64,000 bases of DNA, from positions 96,001 through 160,000 of the IMG/VR virus record IMGVR_UViG_3300032223_002232, one strand, 5' to 3'. A model generated the notes under the pieces. It was not told the origin of the DNA and searched no databases. It worked only from the letters and a program-made list of their open reading frames with translations. Shown piece after piece: positions 29,315 to 38,983 of this stretch (its first letter is position 1; every line of letters begins with the position of its first letter). A program made the position numbers and the translations under genes. The stretch is from a virus.

Positions 29315-29653
29315 ATGTCAAAAAATAAATTAACTACTGTAGGGTATTTTATTAAGCGTCTCCGTGATTGTGGATATGTAACTGATAAAGTTTTTAATGA
29401 TTTTGCAACATCTGATGCCAGATCTTGGTGTGTTGTTGTAGATCCTAGAAATACTTCAGTATTTATTACTTGTTATAATAATCATAATTATTTAGGAGAA
29501 GAATACTTTGAATTACATGACGGAGGTCAATTTATCCCTTCTCGTTTTAAATTAAAAACTAGTTCAATTGAAACTGTTATCGAATACTTGGTTAAGTATA
29601 ACATAAACAACAAATCTTCTTCATATGGTAAGGAAAAAGAAATTAACCAGTAG
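29315..29653 (+). CDS. Hypothetical protein
   Basis: ATG 5 nt after a TTGTTA-16nt-TAAGAT promoter. Confidence 0.6.
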   Translation: MSKNKLTTVGYFIKRLRDCGYVTDKVFNDFATSDARSWCVVVDPRNTSVFITCYNNHNYLGEEYFELHDGGQFIPSRFKLKTSSIETVIEYLVKYNINNKSSSYGKEKEINQ

Positions 29654-30020
29654 TAACCCATCTCTTTCCTCCCAAAATTTAACTAAAGAAGAAAAATCTT
29701 CTTCAGTTATGGATGAAAAACAGATAGAAGATTTGCAGAAAAAAGTATTTGCAGCTATTAACAATCTAGAGCTTCAAAAAAGTTTAGATAGATGGTTAAA
29801 AGAAAATGAAAGTAATACTGCTGTATCTAGAAGAGATTTTAATTTATTAAAAAATAGCATATCCGAATATATGGATTGCTATTTATTATTTGGATATAAT
29901 ATTAATGGTGATAGAGTAATTATTCAAAAATTTAATAAACCAAGAGACCGTGATGCTATCATGGAATTCTTAAAAACAATATTTTTAAAACAACAACACG
30001 AGAATTTTTTAGATGAGTAA
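29625..30020 (+). CDS. Hypothetical protein
   Basis: Overlapping ORF in the operon. Confidence 0.6.
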   Translation: MVRKKKLTSSNPSLSSQNLTKEEKSSSVMDEKQIEDLQKKVFAAINNLELQKSLDRWLKENESNTAVSRRDFNLLKNSISEYMDCYLLFGYNINGDRVIIQKFNKPRDRDAIMEFLKTIFLKQQHENFLDE

Positions 30021-31026
30021 TATAGACGAAGACATTTATTGTAGTAAACAGCCATTCGATTCGACATTGTTTCCAATCGGTTCTGCGAATTTTATGGCTA
30101 GAAATAAAAATATATTGCCATTCCTTTGTAATCTATTGCAGTATGCTAATGATGAAACCGTTAGTCCAGTTATAGTAGAAGCTCCAGAATTCGATATAAC
30201 GCCTTTTACAGACTTTACAGGATTAACTGCCGTTGGTGATCCAAGAGTTTCTTTAGGTGAAACTATGTCAGCCACATTTATAAATTTCTTACCAAGAATG
30301 ATTGCACAGACTGAAGTTATGCAATCTGGTGGAACTCAAGTTATTGAAAATATTATTTGTAATGCTGATGGTATACCTATTAAAGAATCAAGAACAATTC
30401 CAGTATTATTATCTTTAGATTTAACTGGTCAAAAACCATATCAATATGGTGCATTAACAATTCCACCATTATCAGCAACAATTGAAGATTTAATGAAACC
30501 AATTAATCCTACTGAAGTTACGGATTATGTTAATAATTATGTATATTCTCTTAAAAAGGATCATATAACATATTTTAGTCAATTCTTACAAACATACTTT
30601 TTAAACAATGGTTGGGAAGCGTCATTAATTTCATATAATATGCCATCAGTATTTTTAGTTAAATTAGATAAAGATACACAAACAATTTATATAAAATATT
30701 ATACTGATGTTCAAAATGAAGTTGCTTGTACAATAGGTGCAACATCAATATTAACACATTTTGGAACATCAAATGTTGAAAATAGAGCAATGATTATTGC
30801 TATTGGTAATCAAATACCAGATTACAAATATTTAATTGAAAATCCAGATAAAGGTGAACAGTGGTATCAATATTTAATTGATAATACAATGGCATCTGTT
30901 GATCAAAACTTTTCTAATTTGTTTACAAATACTAATGCTGCAACAGCATATATTGCTAAGATGGATGCATTAAATGTACCAGTTGTAAGTGCAGTTGATG
31001 TAAATTGCAACATCAGCACATATTAA
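30013..31026 (+). CDS. Hypothetical protein
   Basis: 337-aa ORF convergent with the baseplate module. Confidence 0.6.
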   Translation: MSNIDEDIYCSKQPFDSTLFPIGSANFMARNKNILPFLCNLLQYANDETVSPVIVEAPEFDITPFTDFTGLTAVGDPRVSLGETMSATFINFLPRMIAQTEVMQSGGTQVIENIICNADGIPIKESRTIPVLLSLDLTGQKPYQYGALTIPPLSATIEDLMKPINPTEVTDYVNNYVYSLKKDHITYFSQFLQTYFLNNGWEASLISYNMPSVFLVKLDKDTQTIYIKYYTDVQNEVACTIGATSILTHFGTSNVENRAMIIAIGNQIPDYKYLIENPDKGEQWYQYLIDNTMASVDQNFSNLFTNTNAATAYIAKMDALNVPVVSAVDVNCNISTY

Positions 31027-33049
31027 ACTGTGGTGCAACTTTAAGTGTTCCATCTGGATTAAATTCAGCATTTACTTGTACATAATTTGTACCATCATAA
31101 GGATCACCAGCAATACCATAATTAGAATTTCTATTAGCAGCTGCTTGTGATGGTGTTTTACTACCAAAAGCTCCACCACCGCCACCACAAGAAGATGTAT
31201 CACCTAAAGATTTAACACCCGGAGGTGTTCCCATACCATGAGGTTTAGCTGGTGTTGGTACATGACTAGGATTAGGTCTTGCGGCTCTTGATGCGGCAGC
31301 ATTATCATGTCCATCAAATGCAGGAACAGTTGTATCATGTGAATGATTACCACCCGGTGCATTATGATTATGATTATAATTATAAATTGGTATCATTGCA
31401 GGAATAACATATCCCTTCATAGCACCAGTTGGTCCTGCAACAATAACATCTAAAGGCATATATGTTGTGTAATTCATAACCCAACTATAACCAGTTGGTA
31501 AACCATAGTTATCAACTGGTGCAGCTAATGCTATACTTGAATAAGCTTCTTCAACTAATGTTTTAATTTCAGCAGGACTTATTATATTAAAAGTTAAAAA
31601 ATTATAAACATCTCTTGTAATTTTTTTTAAACTTTTATCAACTCTGTCATATATAGTTGCTTGTGGTTTGATTGGATTATTCCATGTAGCATTAGAATGA
31701 ACTTGGTGAGCAGGACCAGCAGGAGCAGATGGCAATCTTTCTGATGGTATTGTTAAATGTGTACAAAAAATCCCACCATCCATCATTAAAGAACCTTTAA
31801 GAGCCAAATCACCACTTACATTAAGTTTACCAGATACAATAGTATTATCAGATTCTATTCTAACACCAGTGTCACCAGAACGATCTTTTGCATCTATTAA
31901 AATGTTTTTACCTTTAATAAATGTTCTATTAGCTGATGTTAAAGTTAATTCACCTTGATTTGCAACAATTGTTGTTGTAGCAGCATTTAAAGTTACCTTT
32001 CCGCTTGTATGAATATCAATTCCGGGCGATCCAGCAGCTAATGTTAATTTGTTTGCAACATCAATAAAAAGACTTCCGGGGTTTATAAGAGGATCTGAGT
32101 GAACTGCTAACTTTGCACTACCTTTAGTATCAGCTGTAAACGGATCTCCGGGCTTTGCACCATTGTTAAACCCAAAATGCGTTGTAGTATTTTGAGTTTC
32201 TACAACAGTTGGTGCATCATTTTTTGCCAAACCAACTCTCCAGTGAACATCACCAGAATCACTTTTAACCTTTGAACCACCAGAACCCATTTTCTTTTGA
32301 GCATCATTAATAGCTGTTTGTTTTGTTTTTAATTCATTAGCTGCTTCAGTATTAGCTTTTTGAATACCTTTTTGTGCAGTCTTAACCATTCCGTTTTTAC
32401 AACCGGGACTTCCGCAACCTTTACCACCATTTAATGAAAGATTAGAAGTAGTAGATAAAAATGGAACTACCAACATGTTTACATATTTTTGAACTACATC
32501 TAAAGAATATGGAAAATTTGGAAGATACTTTCTAATTATTTTAAATGCTTTATCCGTAAGAGCCTGTGCTCTTGCTGTTAATATTTTTTGCTGACAAACT
32601 GGACAAGGATATGGATCACCTTCTGTATTTTTAATAGTATCCATTTTCTTTTTGTCAATTTCACCAGTGATTTTTTGTAAATCAGCAGCTGCTTTAGCGT
32701 GTTCAGTTGCTTGATCACCTGTTTGTTGTGTATGATTTCCTTGTGCAAAATGATGATCATCACCACCAACAACATTTTGCCTATCACCTCTAATTGATTC
32801 AAAATAATTTTTACCAGCAAGGAAACCTATATCAGAATTAGTTTTAAAAGTAATACCCTCGGCATTAGTTTGAATTATATTTTTGAATTTATCTTGTTGT
32901 AACCAATATGAACGATCCAATGGTATGTTTGAACCATTTGGATCTGGCGTAACTAAATTTACAGATTCTTGAATAGATGCTTCAGAAGCAATTAAATTTG
33001 ATTGCTTTGAACCATTTTGTGAATCTAATGTTGGTGGTGGTTGTGCCAT
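31013..33049 (-). CDS. gp5 C-terminal-like baseplate spike (beta-helix)
   Basis: IRGDRQNVVGGD and GKLNVSGDLALKG beta-helix repeats, His pairs HNH/HSH near the C-terminus; follows a gp5 OB-fold gene. Confidence 0.65.
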   Translation of the reverse strand: MAQPPPTLDSQNGSKQSNLIASEASIQESVNLVTPDPNGSNIPLDRSYWLQQDKFKNIIQTNAEGITFKTNSDIGFLAGKNYFESIRGDRQNVVGGDDHHFAQGNHTQQTGDQATEHAKAAADLQKITGEIDKKKMDTIKNTEGDPYPCPVCQQKILTARAQALTDKAFKIIRKYLPNFPYSLDVVQKYVNMLVVPFLSTTSNLSLNGGKGCGSPGCKNGMVKTAQKGIQKANTEAANELKTKQTAINDAQKKMGSGGSKVKSDSGDVHWRVGLAKNDAPTVVETQNTTTHFGFNNGAKPGDPFTADTKGSAKLAVHSDPLINPGSLFIDVANKLTLAAGSPGIDIHTSGKVTLNAATTTIVANQGELTLTSANRTFIKGKNILIDAKDRSGDTGVRIESDNTIVSGKLNVSGDLALKGSLMMDGGIFCTHLTIPSERLPSAPAGPAHQVHSNATWNNPIKPQATIYDRVDKSLKKITRDVYNFLTFNIISPAEIKTLVEEAYSSIALAAPVDNYGLPTGYSWVMNYTTYMPLDVIVAGPTGAMKGYVIPAMIPIYNYNHNHNAPGGNHSHDTTVPAFDGHDNAAASRAARPNPSHVPTPAKPHGMGTPPGVKSLGDTSSCGGGGGAFGSKTPSQAAANRNSNYGIAGDPYDGTNYVQVNAEFNPDGTLKVAPQFNMC

Positions 33050-33068
33050 ATATTTCTTATTTAGTTAA

Positions 33069-34217
33069 TTAACTTGCTGATGCAACATTGTTATGTTCAT
33101 ATACATTTGCAAAATAAACTGGTCTTTGTATATTTTCACCTTGGAAGAATACCCAAACTTTTGCACCAACTTGAGGTGGTGAAAAAATACCCATTGGTCC
33201 ACCGGGCCTTGAACCATTCACACTACCAACAGCATTAGCACCCATATTTGTAGTTCTAAATACATTTTGTGATGATTGGGCTGCTCCATCAACAACATCT
33301 GGTTTTGCGCCGTTTAAAGCTAATTCTCCACGCTGAACTGGACCAAAGTAACGAGCTTGTCCAAGCCATTTACCATCTGATGTTCTACCAGCAATAACAC
33401 CATCACCTTTAATTAAATCTGCTGACATTCCAATTGCAGCATTAGCGTTTGCACATGGATCATTAATTGATTCAGCTGTTAAACCCCTTTCACCAACAGT
33501 CATACTATAAAGTCCAGCTGAAATAGTTCCATCACTTTCAGTAAAACTTTCGTTTACAGTAATACCACCTTTACTAACAGTTGATTCGGACTGCATTTGT
33601 CTATCAAAATAAGAAGTCCATTCTGATTGTGAACCAGTTGTTATTCCATAATTTGCACCATCTTTTGGTACATAGCCAACAAGACCAGAATTAGTTACAG
33701 CATTAGCATTAATATCATGAGCCTCTTGTAATGAAATTTTATGAGCACCAGAACCACATGCTAAATTACCAGATGTACCAGAACCAATACCAGATGTTTG
33801 TCCATCAAATTTACCTTGAGTATTATTAGCACCAGCATTAGTTTCTACTGTTCTGTTATCTGCTGTTGTATTACCACCACTGTTATTAGTTGTAGATGTA
33901 GATCCATTGTTTAATTTTTGATCCGTTGGAATTGGTACAGCACTCCCAATATCAGCATATACAGGTGCACCTGTAGCACCACCCCAAATAGGAACAGCTG
34001 GTTCAGCCCAAGGTAATGTTGATAGAATTCTTTCTTTTAATTCTCCATGAAATACATCATCACTAAAGGTTTTAAATGTTATATCTTTTAATTGTTCATT
34101 CCAATCTTTATATAAAGTATTAGATAGATGTGGAATAAAAATTTGAACTCTACTTCTAAGTTCTGGATCTAAAGTATTAACAACTAATCCAATATGATTA
34201 CCTGAAACATTACTCAT
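33069..34217 (-). CDS. gp5: gp5 N-terminal OB-fold protein with inserted lysozyme-like domain
   Basis: GLVVNTLDPELRSRVQI, LPWAEP and PQVGAKVWVFFQGENIQRPVYF flank an ES...AGLYS...DPCAN segment. Confidence 0.75.
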   Translation of the reverse strand: MSNVSGNHIGLVVNTLDPELRSRVQIFIPHLSNTLYKDWNEQLKDITFKTFSDDVFHGELKERILSTLPWAEPAVPIWGGATGAPVYADIGSAVPIPTDQKLNNGSTSTTNNSGGNTTADNRTVETNAGANNTQGKFDGQTSGIGSGTSGNLACGSGAHKISLQEAHDINANAVTNSGLVGYVPKDGANYGITTGSQSEWTSYFDRQMQSESTVSKGGITVNESFTESDGTISAGLYSMTVGERGLTAESINDPCANANAAIGMSADLIKGDGVIAGRTSDGKWLGQARYFGPVQRGELALNGAKPDVVDGAAQSSQNVFRTTNMGANAVGSVNGSRPGGPMGIFSPPQVGAKVWVFFQGENIQRPVYFANVYEHNNVASAS

Positions 34218-35791
34218 TGTGTTATACTTTTAGCTGCTGCAACACCAGCATTAAAATCCTTTGCTACATTTGAAAAAATATTACCAGAATTAATAGGATG
34301 ACCGTAAACATCTTCACTACCACCATTATAAAGATTTGGTCCCATAGATGCTGCAACTGAAGGGAACATTTGAGCACCTTGACCATATCTACTCAATATA
34401 CCTGTTCCCGATTGTGCTAACATATTACCAATTGGATTGAATGCCGCATATTGTGGACCAAATTTATTTGATAATGCACCAAGAATATTACCTTGAAAAG
34501 CTTGAGCAGCCCATGCATAACCATGATTTGAAAGTTGATCTGCAAGTAAACCACCCGGATCTGTACCTAATTGATTTATTTGTTGAATAATATTATTAAC
34601 ATTTGCTGGCAAATAAGCTGATAATGTTGAAAATGGATTACTAACAAGTGTCGATACTTGATTTACAACATTTTGAACAGAATTTAATGCACTTGTAAAT
34701 GAATTAGACATATTAAATAATGAAGTAAAAAAGTTAACATCATCAAGTATTGTTTGAAATGTATCTAATAATAAACATATTAAATCTAAAGGTATGATAT
34801 CTTCAATTGCTTGCATTAACAACTTTTGCAATTGACCGATAATACCATTAATCCAAGCATAAATTTGTTGTACATATAATATAATACCATTGTATATATC
34901 ATTTATAATTGATTGAAATGCAGCTACAACACCGTTAATACCTGCAACAATTCTACCAATTGAACCCAATGCACCTTTTGGCATTGCAAGATAAGAATGA
35001 GTCCTAATAGCATTACAGAATTTCTCTAAATCTGCTAATGCACCCGGATGAATTTTTTCCATTAAATTTGTAATTAAACTTGGGTGATTTCTTTTTGAAC
35101 CAAGTGGACTATTAGCCATATTATCGGCGTTCATTTCAGTTGATCCTAGTTTGCCAATATCATCAAAACATCCTTTTTGATATGCTGGTGTCTTTTTTAA
35201 AGCTTCTTGTAATTGTGGCGTTTTAGCCATTTTTAAAAAGTCATTAATAAACCCTTGATCAATTACAAACTTATCACTACCTTGCATTGATGATGATAAT
35301 ATTTTATTATCAAATCCATAAACTAAAAAGTTTAAAAGTAAATAATATTTGTTTATATTGAGATTACCAAATTGATGTTTAACTCTTGCTAATTCTCCAC
35401 CAAAAACATAAGGATATAATGTTAAATTAGTTTGTTTTTCTAAATCAGATATTTCTTTTGCAGTAACATTGTGACCATTTAAAACATCTTCATAACCTTT
35501 AGTTTTTTCTTTATTTGGATTTACTGTAGAATTTGAATTTATAGCAGCTTTGTTTGCTTCAGTTGGATTAGTTGCATAAGCAGCTGCCGCAGTTGCGTTT
35601 GCAGCATTTGGATTGTTATTAGCTGCTGAAATAGGATCAAATGTAAATGCATTTGTCGCTGGAGAATCCCATATAAGGGGATTAGTGCCACCAATTGTTT
35701 CTGTTTGAATTGGTGGTGGTACTGAAACTTCAGTTGGTGTTGTTCCAATAGCAGTTCCATTAGCTATTACTGATGTAAATGTAAGATCCAT
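34214..35791 (-). CDS. Putative baseplate/virion structural protein
   Basis: Long helical ORF translationally coupled to gp5. Confidence 0.5.
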   Translation of the reverse strand: MDLTFTSVIANGTAIGTTPTEVSVPPPIQTETIGGTNPLIWDSPATNAFTFDPISAANNNPNAANATAAAAYATNPTEANKAAINSNSTVNPNKEKTKGYEDVLNGHNVTAKEISDLEKQTNLTLYPYVFGGELARVKHQFGNLNINKYYLLLNFLVYGFDNKILSSSMQGSDKFVIDQGFINDFLKMAKTPQLQEALKKTPAYQKGCFDDIGKLGSTEMNADNMANSPLGSKRNHPSLITNLMEKIHPGALADLEKFCNAIRTHSYLAMPKGALGSIGRIVAGINGVVAAFQSIINDIYNGIILYVQQIYAWINGIIGQLQKLLMQAIEDIIPLDLICLLLDTFQTILDDVNFFTSLFNMSNSFTSALNSVQNVVNQVSTLVSNPFSTLSAYLPANVNNIIQQINQLGTDPGGLLADQLSNHGYAWAAQAFQGNILGALSNKFGPQYAAFNPIGNMLAQSGTGILSRYGQGAQMFPSVAASMGPNLYNGGSEDVYGHPINSGNIFSNVAKDFNAGVAAAKSITQ

Positions 35792-35832
35792 ATTTTATTT
35801 GCAATTATAGAATTATTGTCTATACTATATTT

Positions 35833-36444
35833 ATGTCAAAAACCGATTTTTTATACCCCCCAATAGGCATAGCTGGAGCAGCAAGGGCTGGAAAAGATAC
35901 TCTTTGTAGAGCACTTATAAGACAATTAAAGGAACATAAAATGGATGCTGTTCGCAAATCTATTGCTGGTGATGCTGTTAAAACAGATTTAAAAGATCTT
36001 TTATTAGAGAAATTTAATCTTAATTCTTTTACGGAAAATTCTGAACAAAAAGAATTTATGCGCCCTCTTCTTGTAGAGTATGGTAAAATGCAAAGAAATA
36101 AAACACAAGGTAGGTATTTTGTTGATGGATTTGTACCTGAACCTAATGTTGTAAATATTTTACCAGATATTCGTTATGTGGAATATCCTGAAGATGAGGT
36201 TTATTGGCTTAAAAATGAAGTAAAAGGACTTTTAATTTTTATTAAAAGGAAGGGTGTTCAAGATGCTAATGATACAGAAAAGGTTAATAATAAAATCATT
36301 AGTAACATGGCTGATTATATTTTAGAATGGGATTCATTAAATGAGAATGACTCAAAAGATTTATTTCATATTGATAACTATGCTAAATGGGTTATTGATC
36401 AGTATTATATACCAATGGTATACTCAGCTACCACTTACCAATAG
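35833..36444 (+). CDS. Deoxynucleoside monophosphate kinase (T4 gp1-like)
   Basis: GIAGAARAGKDT, RPLLVEYG, PDIRY; own TTGCAA-16nt-TATACT promoter. Confidence 0.8.
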   Translation: MSKTDFLYPPIGIAGAARAGKDTLCRALIRQLKEHKMDAVRKSIAGDAVKTDLKDLLLEKFNLNSFTENSEQKEFMRPLLVEYGKMQRNKTQGRYFVDGFVPEPNVVNILPDIRYVEYPEDEVYWLKNEVKGLLIFIKRKGVQDANDTEKVNNKIISNMADYILEWDSLNENDSKDLFHIDNYAKWVIDQYYIPMVYSATTYQ

Positions 36445-36736
36445 GACAACTTGAAGCTTTTAAGTAAACTTTAACAGCCATAAAACATCCACACTTAGTG
36501 CAACGTTCTTGTGATTTATTAAAAAACTCACAAGAGTTACAAACTTCTTTTCTTTTATTTGCTTGTTCATCATCAGTTTTAAAAGATTCACCAATAGCAA
36601 CATTTTTAACAGTTTTTACAACATCTTTACCTAAATTTACTGCCATTTGAGGAATAGATGGAAATGTTTTATTAGAAGTTTCTAAATTTCTAATTTTAGT
36701 TTGTTGTATTGCTTGTTTTAAAAAATTCTTATCCAT
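36428..36736 (-). CDS. Cys-rich zinc-binding protein (DUF6171-like)
   Basis: CNSC..CTKCGC..CPIGKW; TAAATA 5 nt before ATG 36736. Confidence 0.7.
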   Translation of the reverse strand: MDKNFLKQAIQQTKIRNLETSNKTFPSIPQMAVNLGKDVVKTVKNVAIGESFKTDDEQANKRKEVCNSCEFFNKSQERCTKCGCFMAVKVYLKASSCPIGKW

Positions 36737-36740
36737 AAAA

Positions 36741-38363
36741 TTATTTAGTATCAATTTGTTCGAATATTTTTGAAAAGCTATCAATTTTAACAGCTATGAT
36801 TTCGGTTTTGTAATCTTCTTGGGTGAATAAATGATTGGTTTTTATAACTAACCATTGACCTAAAAATCTATCATCAAAGGGATTTGGTTCACCTGCATCA
36901 GATCTGTATATATTAATAAATACGCCGGGGGTTCTTATAGTCAAACCTATAGTTTGAAAGGAAAGTATTTGATTTAAGAATATAGCATCTAAAATCATTT
37001 GATTTAATGGTGCAGTTTCTGGTATAAATTGTCCACTAGAACTAAATTCATTTTTTAACATTTCACCTAATTGTTTTGTTTTATTTAAATTTAAAAGTAT
37101 TTGTGGACTTAAATTGCTATTATTTTTATATGAATATAACCCCTTTTGAGCAAAAGTTTTTAATGTATCAATTACTTTACTAGCAGTATTTTTTGCAAAC
37201 TTAATTACAAACTCACCAGTAGAATGATTAAAATAATGTAGTGGTGAGTTTGTAATTCTATTATCATCTATTGCAACCATTGGTGAAAAACGATATTTTG
37301 ATATTTTTGATGCAACAGCAGAATAAAAATTTTGAGTATTAGTTGATTCAGTTTCTGGTCCTCTTGAAACTGGTGGGTTTTTTGCATTAGTACCAATATC
37401 TAATTCTAATTTTTCAACACAAATATCTATGGATTTTTCAAAATATTTAGATAATGGTTTTAAATGCCAACCTTTATCATCTACAGATCTACCATAATCA
37501 AGTATTACTGGATAGCCTTCTTTATCAGTACAACGTGCCAAAACATAAAACATATCTTGTAACCCATTTGTGTTAGCAGGTGAATAATAAAGCATTTTAT
37601 TATCAGCTTTACCAACTTCCCAATTTTCTTCTATAATTTTATTAAATGGAATATTAGGTTTATCTATAGTTCCCTTATCATCAAATCCAATTTTAATTTG
37701 TTCTGATGATTTTGCATCTTTACCAGCAATAGTTAAAAATTCTTTTAACACATCATTAGGTATTAAAGCTGCTTCAGAATCTTTTAATTGATAAGGTTTT
37801 TTACCATTACCTAATTTAGTTGAAGCAATAATAGATGTTGACCATTCTAGATTTTTTTCTACTAATATTTGATACCTTTCATCTATTAATTTATACATTC
37901 TTTTTTTATTCTGAGTGTTATTAACATCAATATCAACAACATCAGTAACAATAAAATCGTAATTTATTTCCCAATTTTTTCTTGGTTTATCTGATATATT
38001 ATTGTCTTCTTCTTGAGGATAAAGTTTAATACTAACTTTATTTCTACCATCAGTTCTATCAATATATGGTGCTTTTATTATTTGTGTAACATTAGATTTA
38101 TCTACACCAGCACTTGCATTATTAGGACTACCTCTTGATATACTTTCAAATTGTGTATTAAGAGTTAATTGTCCTTTTGTTACCCAATTATGAAGCGATT
38201 CATTTATCTCTAAAGAATCGATCATTAAGAATGGCACATAAAAAGGTTGTTCACCTTCAATTGAATTATACATTACAACTTCAATGTAATATTTTTGATG
38301 ACCTATTTGTTGTATAGAACCTCTTTTGCTTAAATCTACACTAACATTTGATACATCACTCAT
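36741..38363 (-). CDS. Baseplate hub protein (gp27-like)
   Basis: LEINESL..GQLTL N-terminus and GQWLVIKTNHLF C-terminus; baseplate context. Confidence 0.6.
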   Translation of the reverse strand: MSDVSNVSVDLSKRGSIQQIGHQKYYIEVVMYNSIEGEQPFYVPFLMIDSLEINESLHNWVTKGQLTLNTQFESISRGSPNNASAGVDKSNVTQIIKAPYIDRTDGRNKVSIKLYPQEEDNNISDKPRKNWEINYDFIVTDVVDIDVNNTQNKKRMYKLIDERYQILVEKNLEWSTSIIASTKLGNGKKPYQLKDSEAALIPNDVLKEFLTIAGKDAKSSEQIKIGFDDKGTIDKPNIPFNKIIEENWEVGKADNKMLYYSPANTNGLQDMFYVLARCTDKEGYPVILDYGRSVDDKGWHLKPLSKYFEKSIDICVEKLELDIGTNAKNPPVSRGPETESTNTQNFYSAVASKISKYRFSPMVAIDDNRITNSPLHYFNHSTGEFVIKFAKNTASKVIDTLKTFAQKGLYSYKNNSNLSPQILLNLNKTKQLGEMLKNEFSSSGQFIPETAPLNQMILDAIFLNQILSFQTIGLTIRTPGVFINIYRSDAGEPNPFDDRFLGQWLVIKTNHLFTQEDYKTEIIAVKIDSFSKIFEQIDTK

Positions 38364-38368
38364 AACAA

Positions 38369-38977
38369 TTAACAGGTAACTTGATTTACATCTTTAATTA
38401 AATTAACATTTAATTGATTAAAAACAAATGTAACAGTTGAATTAATTTCAGATGGGTCTTGATTTGAAAATTGTATATCAGATAAAGATGTTGGAAATGC
38501 GTTAGTATGTTCAAATGATATAATTTTATTATTAAATTCATCTAATCCATAAATTGTAAAGGTTGAAGTATAATCCGACATTGGATTAGATAATCTGTTT
38601 ATAACTTCATTTGTTTGTGTTCCATCTGGAACTGTTGTTATGTTTGATAATGATTTTTTTGCATCATTAAATAAATTTATCCAATTCCATAATGCCCAAT
38701 AATTTTTATAACCATTATCAATTAAAAATTTTATATTTAATGGATCATACGCTTGTCTTGTCATTGATGATGCTTTATAAACCTGACCACCAAATGCTAC
38801 ATCTATTGCTGGAACATTAATTGGTGATATTGGTGCACCGTATACTGAAAATTGTATAGGATTTGCATCAAAGTTTGATCCAACAACTGAATCATATTTT
38901 GATTTTAAAGCTTTAGGTAAGTCTAAAACCATAATAAATTTATCATTACGAGATCTGTTTAGTGGTGCTTGTATCAT
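38369..38977 (-). CDS. Tail tube-fold completion protein (gp3-like)
   Basis: YDPLNIKFLIDNGYKNY..LWNW and AFPTSLSDIQF motifs. Confidence 0.65.
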   Translation of the reverse strand: MIQAPLNRSRNDKFIMVLDLPKALKSKYDSVVGSNFDANPIQFSVYGAPISPINVPAIDVAFGGQVYKASSMTRQAYDPLNIKFLIDNGYKNYWALWNWINLFNDAKKSLSNITTVPDGTQTNEVINRLSNPMSDYTSTFTIYGLDEFNNKIISFEHTNAFPTSLSDIQFSNQDPSEINSTVTFVFNQLNVNLIKDVNQVTC

Positions 38978-38983
38978 ATTATT

